DNA of 64,000 nt from Euglena gracilis (GCA_039621445.1 CP154954.1:24316954-24380953); one strand, 5' to 3'. Numbered from the stretch's first letter, positions 46,421 to 60,781 are shown. A program made the numbers and translations. Notes: a model not told the origin generated them from the sequence alone.

Positions 46421-48669
46421 GCCCAGCCCCCTCCAGCCCCGGACCCCCCCCCTATACCCCCCGGGGGGGGTCCAGCCAGCAGCTCGTTTCCAGCCAGCAG
46501 CCTTTTGGCCAGCCGTAGGCTGGACCCCCGGGGGGTGCTTAAAATCTTCATCCTGATCGTCCCGACCTTCACGTTTTTCTGGGGTGAGCCCAGAGGAAAT
46601 GCTAAAGTTTGGTGTTTTTTGTCCCTCCAAAAGATGGCACCAGGCCTTGATTCCCCCCCTGGTTTGACCCAGGGAAACAAGCAAACATGCAGGAAACCGC
46701 CTCGTCCTGCCCCTTGCAAACAACTGCATTTGTCAGCTGGTACACTCCTTTCGTAACTGACTTCAAAAACCTCCACAGGGTGCTGTGGGCCATCAAAGAT
46801 AGCAAACAAAGGAATAGGGCCTCCAGAGCATTAAAATAGATTGGTAGAGAATTCTGAAGAATATTGTGGCAAAAGGGTGAAGGACACAGAAAGCTTTCCA
46901 CCAGGTGCCGGATGAGCTGTCTGGCAGATAACCCCCATAATATTATTAAACAGCAATTTTACCCGGAATCATGTTCCGTCGTTGCATCGGACATATGGGC
47001 GAGATGCCAGCATGAGGGCGAAGCAGCCCGCAGCGGTCGCCAGCTGCTTGGCCCGGGCCCCCTGTCGTACGGCTGGGGTGGTTGTCAGGCATGGGGTGGA
47101 GCAGGTTGGATGGGGGGAGGGGGTAACACGCCCCCTACCCCCGCAGAAGTCCCCAAGCGTTTGCAGGAAGCTGTAAAGCATCGGCAGAAAATCGGGCATT
47201 TTCCGGGTGGGCAGACAACAGGGGCAGGTCGTTGCCGTGTGTTATTTCTGAAAATGTTGAATTGGGTTGGCGAGATCTCCCCCTCCTGCCCCTTTCCAGC
47301 GGTCCGCAGCACCAGTCGCATCGTCTACGAGCTGGCCGCGTGCACAGCGATTTCAGCGACGGATGTGTCATCCCCGGCCGGGATGCTGCGGGTGGCGTCC
47401 CTCCCCTGCCTGTGGGAAGCGGTCTGTGGTTGTTGGCCCGCCCCAGGCCGCCCCCGGGGCTCTGCACCTCCTCCGGGCGGCAGAGCATCGCGAATGGGCA
47501 GCTCCTCATCGCGCCGCATCACGTGCAGTATTTCCTCCGTCGTCTGTTTGCGGGAGTCACAGGTTGGTTGCCTTCGGGGTTTTGGTTTTGAATTGGGCGG
47601 AGGTCAGGCGTCTGGCGTTATGGGCACGAGCTCGTGTGCTGCGGTGTCTTTTGCCAGGGCGACCTCTGATGATGGAAAGTGTTCTGCCGACTCCCAACCG
47701 CCAGCTCTGTCCCTCAATCATTTCCCTCCCTCCGCCCGTGAACAAGCGCTGTGGTTGCTCCTGCGATGAATGTTGAACTCCTTTTTGACAAACGTGTTTC
47801 GGCACTCCCCCCAGGGTTTGCTGAAATTGCATTTTGGCTCGACTTTGGAGGGTAAAGTTTTTCGGCCCAGTGCAACCCTCAACATGCCATTAAATTTACC
47901 TGCCCCCAAGAAGAATGTCTCCATCCAGTAATTTTGCACAATGCCAAGTTACTGCATGCATTGTTTTTTATTTCCCCTGACATTTACACACAAATCCGGC
48001 ACACCAACTTTGCAAGTTGGCACACAACGAGGAATTCCCCCCCCCCCTGCACACCGACCAGTTTCCCATAGATTCCAACCAGGGGGGTCATACATCCCAC
48101 CCGAAATTAAACGTCCTTCCATGTTCTCGTCGGACTTGAGGTGGGAGGGCAGGGGTCCTGGGGGGGATGCGAACTGCATGATCCCGCATGATCCCGCATA
48201 ATCTCACACAGTACCGCATAACTTGATTTTTGGGAAAATCTAAAAAATAAAAGCCCCAGAAAAGCTCCTTAAACAGCTCCTTTCTGTTTCAGGGAACATT
48301 TTGAATCATTTTTGGATAATTTTCTGCATTCTTTTCCCTGCAGAATTATGATTGGGCATTATACAGAGCTGAAAGTTTTGACCGCATGATCCCCCGTTAT
48401 CCTGCATCCTCCTGGGCTGACTCCAGAAAAATTTCATCAGACCGACCCCCAAGGTGCTTTTTTTATGTAAATTAATTTAATTATAATTAATTTACATAAA
48501 AAAAAGATAGTTTACATCTTCTTAAAGTTGGTCCTCAGAGAGGCAGGGATGCATAGGACATTTTCACCTCTTGGCCAGAAAAGCTAACCCAGCTGGATTT
48601 GGGCTGCAGCCAGCTGGACCCACCTGTCCAGACAGATCCCCATGTCCTGGGTGGGGGGGGGACAAGGTG

Positions 48670-48870
48670 TCAGACCCACCACCCACGGGAACCACACCGA
48701 CCAATTAAGGTAAGTGTATGTCCCCACAGCGCTGGAATTACACCAGAGTTGCTCACCCTGCCAGGGGAGCAACACAAGAGCACTGGTGTAAGGGGTCCCT
48801 GGCCACTGACCACACAAACTGGGCCAGAAGCGAAGTTGGCGCCGGCCATAAACAGACAAGGAGCCTCAGT
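48670..48870. repeat. Interspersed repeat, inverted copy of about 14540-14820
   Basis: ggggtccctggccact...aactggg...gcgaagt matches the reverse complement of 14720-14820. Confidence 0.75.
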
Positions 48871-50857
48871 GCAACTCAGCTTGGGAAAATGCACAAAATC
48901 TGAGAGAAAAGGCACAAAAATCACGAAAACAAAAAAAAACTCAAAAAAAATGCAAAAAATGGCACCGTATCTAAAGAAATCAAATGAAAATACAAAGAAA
49001 ACTTCATTTCAAAAAATCGAAAATAAAAAAAAACCCACGAAATAGACAAAAAATGTGAAAAATTGGGGCAATTACAAAAAAAAATGCGAAAAAATGCGAA
49101 AAATGCGAAAAAATGGGCTGTGCATCCCCCCCCCATCCATCCTTTTTCTTTTGAAAAAGAACGACTGTGCAAAACTGCAAATGAAAATGCAAAAAAAAAT
49201 CGGCTAAAATGCAAGCATTTTCGTTTTAGTGTAATATTTTCAACAAAACGCGCAGTCAATTCCAAACATTTCGAGACAAAGTGCCCACAGATTACGGGAA
49301 AATGCAAACATGTGGGGTGGGTGAGGTCGGCATTAAATGCAAGAACACATGCTAACCTCCCTTCTCAAGACCATGAAACGTTGAACGTTGCAAAATCAAC
49401 AAATAATAAATCAAACCATGGATATGCAGAAGTCCTAAAAATACGAAAAAAGTCAAACAATTAATTTAAAATGCACCCCAAACAAATTTTTTCAGTCGTT
49501 TAAATTTGTTGAAAGGCCTTTTATTTATCATTTTCAGCAGTATTTTTTAGGTTTGGTTGTTTTCTTCAGGTTTGGTCTTCGGCATGAGAAGAACAAGCCC
49601 TCTGGGATGCTGTAAACCATTTGAATAAAAATTAAGTATCATTTTTCTGGAAAAAACGTCAGCCACGTGGAAAAACAAAAAATTGGTCTCTGAAATCTGG
49701 GGAGGGGTGGTTTGCAGGGATTCCCATCAGGGAACATTTTAAAGGCCAGGCTTGTGCATTTGTCCTCCCCCTGGTGGATCTGTAGCATTTTGTGTTTGTG
49801 AGGTTTTTACCATTGAGCAAACAGAGAAGGATGGAAGGCAATTTTTAGGAATTAGTGCAATTTTTTTTTGAATGCGAATAATTTTTGAAATAAATCTGCC
49901 CCCTCGCAATCCCATGTGTGATGGCCCACCCCGTCATGCAACTGCCCCCCCCTCCTGTGAGGCATTGCCATACACATGTGCACATGCCAGGGGTTTTCCC
50001 GGGGTGTTAAACCCATCCTCTCTCTCATCCACTTCACACCCAGGCTTTCCAAACATCCAAATAGCACTCCAATGCTGCTGAGGGCTCACACAGGCCCGGC
50101 AGCGCAGGTTCAGTGGTACGTACACGCTTTGCTTCCCATCAGGGTATGTGATGCCGTTTAGGGAGGCATCGCCATCAAGCCGGCTGACCCGGCAACACAC
50201 GGTGCGAAACAAGGCAGTTCCAGGGGGCGGGCGGCGAACGGCAAAGGGGTTGCTGTGGGGACTGGGCACACAGCGTGCTCAGGGACAGTCCCTCCACCAG
50301 CTCCCTGCCCCTAGCACCCCCCCCCCCGGGCGGGTTGGTGCTAGGGGCAGGCACCCCATAGCACCCCTGCTGACCCCCAGGGGGGGGGGTAGGGTTTCCG
50401 GGATGGGTTGGGCAGGCACCCCCGTCTGGAGACCAATCCCGTTTTCCTAACCCCCCACCCGGCCCTGGGAACCCCGGGCTGCCCCCCCCGAACCCTGAAT
50501 TCCCTGACAAGTTTTCACGCAACGATCGCCCAGGGGGATGCCATTCAGGTGGATTGGAGTGCCGTTTGGAAAGCCTGGGGGTCCTCAGTGAGAAGGCTGC
50601 CAACTTCGGATGAGCCCCAGGCCTGATGCATGGATTTCCTGGTTCTACAGAAGGAGAGGAGAGAGGATGTGTTGACCGCAGGAAACGCCTGTGCGCGCAC
50701 ATGGCATCTGTGCTCACTGGGGAGGCGCCTTGTACCTCAGCATTGCCCCCACTGAATGTCCATTTGGTGGGGGGGGGGGCGTCTTCTCACAGAAAAGAAA
50801 AACAGAGTCCTGACCGCCCAATGGCCACTCCATGGGCCCAGTTGGTCCCTGGTCCTG

Positions 50858-50886
50858 CTTCGTGTTCCCCCCTCCCGCCCCCGCAG
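50858..50886 (+). promoter_or_regulatory. Putative spliced-leader trans-splice acceptor of gene 3
   Basis: Pyrimidine tract ending in CAG 9 nt before ATG 50896. Confidence 0.5.
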
Positions 50887-50895
50887 CGGCACCGA

Positions 50896-51655
50896 ATGGG
50901 CTGCGCCTCGTCCTGCGTCACTGCGGTGGCCCCGGCGGAGGAGGCCCCGCCGCCCCTCGGCCCCCTGGCCGGGGCGGGGCCAGCCGGGGGCCGCCAGCCC
51001 CTCATCCTGCTGGTCCAGAGGGGCGAAGGGGACAGCGCCAAGAGCCCGGGCGGCAAGCCTGGGCGCACAAAGCCCAAACGGGGGTCGAAATGACACAGAA
51101 TGCCTTGTACAATTTGGGTTGATTCCGGTTTGCACCTTGCCGCAGGGATATTTCGTGGACCCTCCCCTCCAGGAACGGTTGGTGGAAAAAAGTCGCCGGT
51201 TGTGGATGTTTCCCCGCTGAAGGAAAGACCAACGACATAGCTTTTGCTGGGGACCCTTTGGGGGGTACCCCCCAAAGGGTCCCCAGCAAAAGTGTGGAGC
51301 CAGTCTGTATGCAGCTCCCCAGCCCTGTTTCCCGGTCCCTTGCAGTGACGGGGGAGGCCTCTCCCCATCTCGACAGCGTTACGCTTCTGCGCTGAAACGG
51401 CAGCTGATGAAACACTATGTGGCCTCGTTCGACCGGCTGGAGCAGGTGGAGGAAGGACACCCCCCTGGCCAGGCGTCAGGGGACGTGATGGTTTTGCGGG
51501 TATGTGTGACATGAGAGCGTGGCATTTACCGCTTTCTGTCCCAGTTTTGCTGATCTGTTCCCCGTTGGCCTATCTTTGTGGACCAGATCTCTGTGGATCG
51601 GCATTTGGGTGTTCACACTGACCAACTTAACGTTTGTTTGTGTCTGTGCACATGC

Positions 51656-51727
<72 letters not shown>

Positions 51728-54700
51728 GTGCGGTGGTGTGTGTGCATGCGCCAGACGGGGAGAAGATGGCAGGGCGCGCGCGTGTGTGTGTGTGCATGCG
51801 AGTGTGACATGATGCGTTTCTGCCCTCCTGTGCACGCTCGTGGCTTGCTGGGTGCCAGAATTTCAGAATCAGGCCAAAGGTGTTTTGTTCAACTGCTCAA
51901 TGATGATATAAGAGTTCGTCATTGAGTTTTTTGAAAACCTCCATGGTACTCCTTGGACCAAAGTGAAATTCCGATTTTTAAACAAGATGCCTTTACCTTG
52001 CCTCCACGTTGAAGGGGGGGGGCTACCTTTCCTATCGCGATGTGCCCGTTGCCCCTGTGGCGACGGTGTGTGCCGCTACGCAGGTGGGGGGGTGCCACCC
52101 GGTCACCTGCCCCCATCAACCTCCGCGCGTTGTTCGGCGAGGGAGACCCGGCCGGCATCTCATTGTCCCTGACCGACTCGCATGCCCGGTTGCGCCAACA
52201 CGCCCTAACGTCCCGCAGCCTGGTGTTCAGGGATGCTTCCTCCAGCCGGAGGGGACTCCCAGCAATTCCGGTTTCGCCATGCACCGCATTGTATGGGGTT
52301 GGGAGGACGCACCGGAGTACAAAGAAAAATGCATGAGAGCACCCCTCGGGGCTGTGTGGACCGGATAGAGGTGGGGGAGGGTTCCCCAGGGCAGAACGGG
52401 AATCGGCCGAACAGCCAGGGTGGTGGGTGGGGGGGTCGACTCCCCCCCACCACCTCTTCCCGTACTTCCGGGAGCACCAATTTTTGGACCCAAAACCCCA
52501 TTTTTCCACACCTTCCAAAAATTTGACATTTTCTCAAAATGCTGATTTTGAAAGGTTTTTGAAGCAGAAAATGCCATTGAAAGTCCAAAAAAGTTCAACG
52601 AGAAAAAGAAGACAGTAAAATTTGGTTGTGCCAAAATTTTGTCCACTTTTTTTTACCTTCGTTTTTTTCACCCCCTTTTTCGTTTTCACCCCCCCCTCCT
52701 AAAAAGTACCAGTTTGAAGGACGGAAAATTTTGAGATTTTTTTGAAAAAAGTGTGGTTTTCCATAAAAAATCATGCATTTTGGGTTCATTTTTCAAATTT
52801 TTTTCCTGGCCAAAATCCCCGTTTTCCCGAAATCGGTGAAAATGCTGTGGTGGGTGGGGGTCGACCCCCCCCCCCACCTCCCGGGTGGGGGGGTCGACCC
52901 CCCCCCCACCAGGCCTTCCCGTTCTGCCCTGGGGTTCCCCCCCATCCCCCCATAGTCAACAGGGGACACCCCGCGTGGAAACAGCCTGCGAACACCATCT
53001 GGTAGTTGTGGTTCCCACGCAGGAATTCTGGAGGACAAGAATTGGGGCTGATTCCTTTGGGGGGAAACCGCAGCCCAGCCTGGGAGCAGCTGGCTGGTGG
53101 TGAACGGGGCCTCTGGCATAAGAAAACCCCTGTCCCCGAAAACCCCTTAAAAAAAACCCCCAAAATCCCAAATCCAACTGCCTTTATTCGGCTGGACTTC
53201 ATTTCAACAGACGTCCAATGTCTGGGCGGGGAGTGAGTCTCCAGCGAGAGTTGTTGGCTACTGAGATAGGTTGAAACATTTGAGGAAGCTCACAGGAATG
53301 CATCATTTGAAAGACCCATTTCCACAATCTAACACTTCATTGCTACTCAGTTTTGTCGTGTGTGAAAATGCAACCCGAGAGTAAACCACTGCTAAACCGA
53401 CCGCAGAAAGTGGGCTTCAGCAACCAAAGGCTGGATCTGGGTTCGACATAAGCAGGAACCCCCCTCCAGTCAAGGGGGTCATCCCTCTCCCCTGTCCTAA
53501 ACACAACATGTTCTTGACGGTCCCCCCCCCCCTCCCACGCACATTCCCTGAACATTGGCGTGCCTTGGACAAGGGAGGGGAGGTGAGGGTCACCCCCAAA
53601 CCTAACAGTAGAAGGTGTGTTTGGGTCCAGCGGTGACTGTTTTATTGACATCAAATCTTTGAGGAGTGAGATGGAGCACAGAAAGGTCAAAATTTTCTAC
53701 TATACATTTCTTTGTTGCAAAGTGTTTAGCAATTTTGACACGAATTTGCTCTCAAAGGGCCAAAATCGCGCTTTGGGCAGATTTGGGTCAGAGAATGATT
53801 CATTTGTTCTGGTCGTTTATGCCCACCGTGCTTTGGGGTATCCGTCCCCAGGTCCCAACTGACAAACCTGTATTTTTAGGGACCACACCCATTAATTTCA
53901 TAATTTCATCAGCACCACATCCTAATTTCATGCGTTCCGGTTTTGGGAGCCCAGTGTTGTGATTGTCCCGGTTACAACATTTTGCTCAGTTCTCAGGACA
54001 ATTCCTTGGACCTGATATCGACCCCAGGAATTGGTCGTCCCCTGGGGGGCTGGGGCTGTGGCAGGGTTTGACAAGGTGGAAGTCACAAGAAAGGCGGCAC
54101 CCTCCCTTGACTGCAGGGGGTTCAGGTTTCCCGGACCATCCAAAAGGTCAACGCCTTCCCTCTGGTGACCCTGCTTTGAATTTTGACAATTTGGCCAACC
54201 CTTGCCCCAGGATTCCCAAAATTCCATTTTGGGTGCAACATGGGGGAATACAGCTTTCAGTCCGGCTCTTTGAGCCAGGCTGAAAATAGTAAAACACCCC
54301 AAATAACATCCCCCCCCCGGTGTGTTATTTGGGCACCCGAGCTGGGGTCCCAGGGGGGGGGTGTGTTATTTGGGGGGGTTATTTTTACATGGAAAACCAA
54401 AGGAAAACAGGGGGGTGTGTTATTTGGGCGCTCGAAATCGGCCCCCCCGAGGGGGGGGGTGTTATTTGGGTGGGGGTTGGATTCCGATCCCCAGGGTACT
54501 CTCCCGGCGCCTTTGGAAAATCCCCTGCTGCTGACGCCAGCGACCACCAACATGGAGGGGCCTGCATCTTACCCGCCATTTCTCTCGAAGGCTGTCGCTA
54601 TGACCTCTGCTGCCCCCCCCCCCCCAAATAAGACCCTCTTCTATGTCGATCGAGAAAAATCCAAAAATAAGACCCCCAGCATAAATAATACCCCCCCCCC

Positions 54701-55506
54701 CGCCGGCGTGAGGCGCCGGGGAGGTGTGAACATTCCCTGAAACATCACCAAAAACTCCAATTTCTCAAGAATGCTGCAATTTCAAAACGTTTCGTCTTTT
54801 GAGTTCCAGAAATCATGGTAAATGCCAATATGTAATAATTGACACGTGGCGCGAAGCGCTGAAGAAAGAAAGTTTTTCGGTGTTTTTTTTGGGTACATGA
54901 AAATGATGCTTTTTTGGGCCCAGGTCGGTCAGAAAAATCCAAAATAGGACCCCCCAAATACCCCCCCCCCTGGAGGATTCCAGCAATGAACCCAAAAAAA
55001 TTTGGGGGGGTTAATTGGGCCAATTTCTTTTTGACTTTGGTGTTGTTTTTTTTGCTTTTTCCTGTGCTTCTTCATGCACAAGAAAGACAAGGATGGTGGT
55101 CATTATGGAAAAGTATCATTGGTATGCGATGTGAACACTGCAGCCTAAGGTTTTGTGTATGATTTCCCTACATATGAAAATTCGGCAAAGCTTGGAATGC
55201 ACTGAAAGGTGGTCATCAACGAAAGGTGTCCGGAACCTCATCTACAGGAAACATTTCTTACAAATGCTTTCCTCGACGTTTTCCAAACAAAACAAGTTGC
55301 ACACACAATCTGCAGAATGCATTCCAGCAGGCTGGGTATTAAACCCCCACCCCCAACCTTTGGGGCAGAGCCCATTACCTCCCGCCACGACACCTCGGCG
55401 TGAGAAGTGGGCTGAACCCCGGCCTCCAACCCGTGCCAGCCGCGTGGCCCGCTTCCTGCCCCCTCATCCCCCAGGCCATGTCATTGCTTCGACCCTCACC
55501 AGGTGA
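50896..55506 (+). CDS. Gene 3, paralogue of gene 2 (MGCASSC protein)
   Basis: Approximate exons 50896-51030, 51346-51472, 52095-52222, 55328-55506 (TGA), possibly more near 52955 and 54525. Peptide blocks are collinear with gene 2. Confidence 0.7.
51655..51800. repeat. (TG)n tract in a gene 3 intron
   Basis: Seen directly. Confidence 0.9.
52387..52931. mobile_element. hAT-like MITE, family B, in a gene 3 intron
   Basis: TIRs cagggcagaacgggaa / ttcccgttctgccctg with a perfect TSD gggttccc. Confidence 0.9.
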
Positions 55507-58500
55507 CACTCCGCTTTTGGGGGACACCCCCCCTTCACCAAGATGAGGTTCACCAGGATTCCGTGTGCATCAAACTGGTGACTGTGGCACTTCGATCCAA
55601 AGTGTGCAAACTGATTTCTGCGAAGCCAAACAGAGAACGACTGGTTGGTTTTTTTCCCTTCAAAGTGATGAACATCCCCCCCCCCCCGAGGGCAGTAAGC
55701 AGTGGTGTGCCCCAATGCCGAGCCTGCCGCTCGCCCAGCACTGCCGCAGCAGCAGTTTGGCCTCCTGGGCTTCCCCGCATAGCCCGTCACGACCGCCCTT
55801 CAGTAGTCCGGGCCGTTTACCTCCCGCCCCAGCCTCCCCCGCGCCGTGCCCACCACCCTCCCTGCCCCCTCGCTGGCGCTTTTGGGCCCCGCCGACGCTC
55901 TGCCCGCTTGCTGCTGCGGCGTCCAGCGGTTGCATCGCCCCCCCACCCCCCCTCCAGGACCCCTGCCGCTGTCCCGCATCTTCCAGCCAGTTTCGCGATG
56001 GTTTTCCCATACCCCCCCCCCCCGGGAAACTGTCATGCCCGATAACCTGTCAGGGTCCCACCCAGGAAATTGTCAGGGTCCCCAGTGCCGGCAAACCTGT
56101 CACGATAGGAAGTTGTCAGGGTCCCCGGTACTGGCGGGGGGGGGGTAGGTAGGTGCATTTTCCCCGCCTTCTTCCATCTCACAGGGATAGATGGGAAGCC
56201 CGTTGGTTTTGAGGCTTCGAGGCAGGTGGCAGGGGCAACCCCCCCTGGAGGAGGTTCCAGACCCCACCTTGATTTGGGGCCTGGTTTCCAGACCCCCAAC
56301 CCCCACCTAGGCAGGTTCCAAAAACAGCGAAGAATTTCCTTCAGGCGCTGCGCGCTGGACAATGGACAAAAATCACTTTTTCCTCACCTTTGAGCATATT
56401 TCACGTTTTTTTTGCTGGTTCATTCCATATGTTTTCAAAATGTTTAAAACCTCAAAATATGAGCATTTTTGGATTTATTTTCCAAAAAGAATCAGGGATT
56501 TTCGACAGCTTTCGCTTGGTTTTTGCCTGGTTTTCCTGTGGCTCTATGCCAACGAAACAACAAAGTTTCCCCAGCCCCTTGCTGTTTGGAGGTAGGAAGG
56601 GGGGGCCCCCCCCCCCCCCCCCCCCCCCGTGTTGGGCGGGGGATCAGGACCCCCCATCAGGGCTTCCCATGCATACTTATCCAGATCTGATGGTTCATTG
56701 AAAGGTTTTGAATAAATTTTCACGCATTGCAGCATTTTCACATTTTGCAATGCTGCCACGCGACATTTTGGTAAATGAATGATGGAGCAGAATCAAAAAA
56801 AGTTGTTTGACAACTTCGGTACCCCCCAAACAACCCCCGCCCCTGAGGATCGACTACGGCCGCCCAAAAAATAACCCCCCCTCTGGCAGTTGTGAAGGCA
56901 TAGAAAAAAAAGAGGAAAAAAGGCAGCAGAAATATTCAAAAAAACCTCAACACTGGATGAAATTGGTGAAAATGAAAATGAAATGTGCCAAAAAACACCA
57001 ATTTTTCAAACAGGCCCCCCCCAAAAAAACCCCAAAAAGTGACCTCTTTTTTGCCCAAATGACAGTCCCCCAAATGATGACCCCCCGGACCCCGATTTCG
57101 AGTTCCCAAATAACAAACCGGTTTATTATTTGTGCATTCTCCCCCCAAATAACAAACCCCCCGGTTTATTATTTGGTGGGGATTATTTGAACATATGTGT
57201 ACCGCAAAACAAAATTTCTGGTCATTATCTATTCCAAATGTTCAGGATTGTGGATTTTTCACACCCGGACACTTTTGACAGCACTGCAGTGTAAGATGAT
57301 CTGAAAGCTTGTGAGAAAGCTGTTTTTTCAAAGGTTTTGTGAGATTTAAAATGTTGTGCGACACTCAGAGAAGTTTAATTTAAAGCCAACCACATCTGCC
57401 GGCAACGCTGGTATCTGTGATTCTGGACAGTGTCGTTTGACGCAGGTGACTCTTGGGAGGGCTAACGTATTTGAATTGTGCGCACCACTCAAACGACAAA
57501 GATTTGACCAAACCCCCCAACCCCCCACCCCAATACCACCACCCGGCCCACATCTCCCCCCCTTCCCCCGGGGAGGTGGTTACTTCGGGTCCCCAGGAAG
57601 TCATCAGCAGGGTTGCACCCGCTGACTTGCGAGGGACTCAGAGGGACGGCGTTGGAATGCGCCCCTCCTACCGCTGGCTGCGGCTCACTCCATGCAGCCC
57701 CGAGGACACCCATCCGAAACGACTCGCCTCAGCCTAGGCTTCTATATTCACCGCTCGCTTTCCCCTTCGAGCCTCGAGAGCCAAATGTAGCCACCAGGCC
57801 ATGCTTGAGGACCGTGGTCTGCAAACAACCCTTGCTCGAAAGAAGTTTTTTTCAATTAAAAACAGCCAAGTGGTTTCCCTGCGAGAAAATGTGTTTTCTT
57901 CTTCTGAAGAAAGACCCCAGAGGAGGCAGATCTCCAGCTGTTGGAAGAAGGCCGTTCCATTCTGACCCTCCCCGATTTGAACACAGGTCTGGCAGCAAAG
58001 CCCCTCCCCCTGCCATGTGACTGTGATTGGTGGCAGGGCCCCTGCACCATTGCGATGGCTTGAATCAGCCCCAACAAAAGCTTTTTTCTTCTCCCCCCCC
58101 CCCCAGGCCTTTGGTGCAAAGCACGTTCAATTTCGTCACCTTTTGGCATGGCTTTTCGCCTTCTCCAAGGCTTCCATGCCACTTGGGGTTGGCAGTGAAT
58201 GCTCTCTTTTGATGCTTCCCTCAGAGAAACAATTGGCTTGTTTTTCAGGGGGCAGCCCCATTTTAGCCGCAAGTCTGCACGCCTGTGAAGCTGCAAGCAA
58301 TGGTATGCCCCGACCGCCGTAATTCGCTGGCGGGAATTGCTGGCTCTCCCTCTGGCTCTCCCTCCCTCCCCCCCCTCCCGTCCTCTCCCCTGCTCGTTCC
58401 GCGCTGCGTTCCTCCCCTCGCGTGCCCCGAGGCCTGCGGCACACCCGCTGCCATGGCAGGTCTCTGGCCGGCTTAATCAGGAACGGGCTGCTTCGAGTGG

Positions 58501-58931
58501 GCAACGCCCAAAGGCCCATTGCATTCCGTTTGCAACAGTGTTTCGCCCCTGAAACACTGTTAAAAACTGTGCCGTGCATTTTTTTGGGTGTGAGGCTGGC
58601 TTCATTTTGCTTTTGCTTGCACATATCCGGCCTGGCCTCATCATCCAACGGCGAACGCGCCATGGATCCGACGTTCTGAGGCGGAGGCGCATGCGTTTTT
58701 CCGGTCGAAGTGGCACGTGTCCCCAAACTGCACTGCTTTTTGTATGTACATGGACCTCCCCTTTGCACCGGATTCATGGCCCGATATTTTCTTTCCTTCC
58801 CAGTGGTGGTAGTGGGTGTTGCTTTTGTCCCCACCCCCCGGGGGGAGGTCCGGCCAGCCAGTAGCGTTTTTCCAACACTCCAAGTTTTCCAGGAGCGCTT
58901 ACCCCCCCCCCCCCCGGGAGGGGGCCCTAAA

Positions 58932-60781
58932 CCCTGGCCACATCAACGTGGAGGTGGAAAAAAAACCTTTTTCGATTCATCTCTTTTTTTTCCTGATTTG
59001 GACGTAATTGGCGTCTTTTTTTGCATACTTTTTTGAATACCCCCCAGGCGCTTGGCCACCGCTCCTCCTCACATGCAAGTTTGTCCCCCGCCGAATTGGC
59101 TTTTCATCTCAACTTGCAACCTTAGCCCCCGGTTTCAGGCTTGGCCTGTTTTGTGACAAAGTTCTTGATGTGCAAATTTGGCCCCCTGATTGGACCCTGG
59201 CCTAACCTTCAATTGTGGCTCGGGCCAAGAACCCGGGGGGGGGGTGGGGGTTGTGTTCTGATGCTTTGATCCAGAAAGACGTCCTTCCAATTCCGAACTT
59301 GATTTTTTTTGGAATCAAAGTTGCGAAAAGCATGGCGTTCTCTTACTGTTTTAAAGGAGACCCCTAAAGATTCTGTCGAACCTGGGTGCTTTGCTTTTTT
59401 TCGTGGTTGACTGCATTTTGTGTCGCGTTTGTACATATTTTGTGTCTGTGGTGAACAGCATAGCTGTCGAAAGAAACAGACCCAAACCAAGGAGAAGGCT
59501 CGGACGGGCTCATCTGCCAGAGCAAGAAGCCAGCCCAGTCGTGGTGTGTCTCGGCTTCTTCTCTGGGGTCCCATTCCCTCCAGTATTCCAGCCCCCGCAG
59601 ATCTGTCGTTGTGCCTGTCGCTGTGCTGCTGCAGGCGACCTGTGCTGCTGGCACGGCCACACCTGCGGCGTGCTTTCGTCCGTCCACCATCTTGTTCCTG
59701 CGGCCAACTAAACCTCCTGGGGGGGGTTCTTAAATTTTTTTTAAAAATTGTTGGCCGTTGCCATGGGCTCAGTAACAGCAACCTGGAACTGGCATTAGGT
59801 CCATCAAGTGTCAGAGCAAGCTTATTACCTAAACTAGCTCTGCCAATCAGGTCAGGCTTCTTTTTAAGTCAGCAGACCCCCCCCCCCGGGGGGAGGGGGG
59901 GTGGGTGGGTGGGTCCGGGCCGGACCCCCCCCCCCGGTGGGTGGGTGGGTCCCGCGCTGATTATCAGGAATGTGAAGGGAGAATTACAAAGATGATTTTT
60001 GTTGCAAATTCACGGCAGAATCAAAAAATGGAGCAAATAAACCAAAAGAGCAGAGATGTTCAATTCAGGCGAGCACCACTGTCGTCACGGTTCCTGCTCT
60101 GTTTTATTCTCATTGTCTTTCATTGTCCTCCAAATCCAGATCTGTGCTGTGGCATTCCGCCTACGCTGTTTGCTTGCTTGATTGCCTCGTTTTGTTCCAC
60201 TTCTTCCCCAAGAGTCTGTTTCGTTCTCAACATCCGTTTTCAACAATTTTGATTTCGAATTTTTTTCTGCTTGTATTTCCAAGAATTGGCAATGACACGG
60301 CGTCCAGGTATTTTCCTTGGAATTTGTGGCCGTGGGGATGTCTGGGAGAGTCCTGTCAAGTGGGTTCCCCCACAAGGGGACACAAATGCAGTCAACCACG
60401 AAAAAAGCAAAACAACCAAAGAGCAAAAAAAAAAGCAAAGCAACCAGGTTTGACCGACTGTTTAGGGGTCTCCTTTAAAACGTTAACAGAGCGCCATGCT
60501 TTTTGCAATTTTGATTCCAAAAAAATCAAGTTGGGATTTGGAAAGAGGTCTTTCTGGGTACATCCGTAAATACATCAGAACACCCCCCCCCAGGTTCTTG
60601 GCCCGAGCCAATTTGGGGGGGGGGGCAAATTTGCATGTAAGGAGGAGCGGTAGCCAAGCGCCTGGGGGGTATTAAAAAAAAGATGCAAAAAAAGATGCCA
60701 ATCACATCCAAATCATAAAAAAAAATAGAGATGAATCAAAAAGTTATTTTTTTTTTCACCTCAACGTTGATGTGACCAGGG
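58932..60781. mobile_element. Non-autonomous foldback-like element with long TIRs
   Basis: 58932-59425 is the diverged reverse complement of 60379-60781 (ends ccctggccacatcaacg / cgttgatgtgaccaggg). The left arm has about 110 extra bp. Confidence 0.85.

Noticed and set aside
46864-47769. 301-aa ORF
   Set aside because: Mosaic composition, no domain and no consistent splice model, though small exons cannot be excluded.
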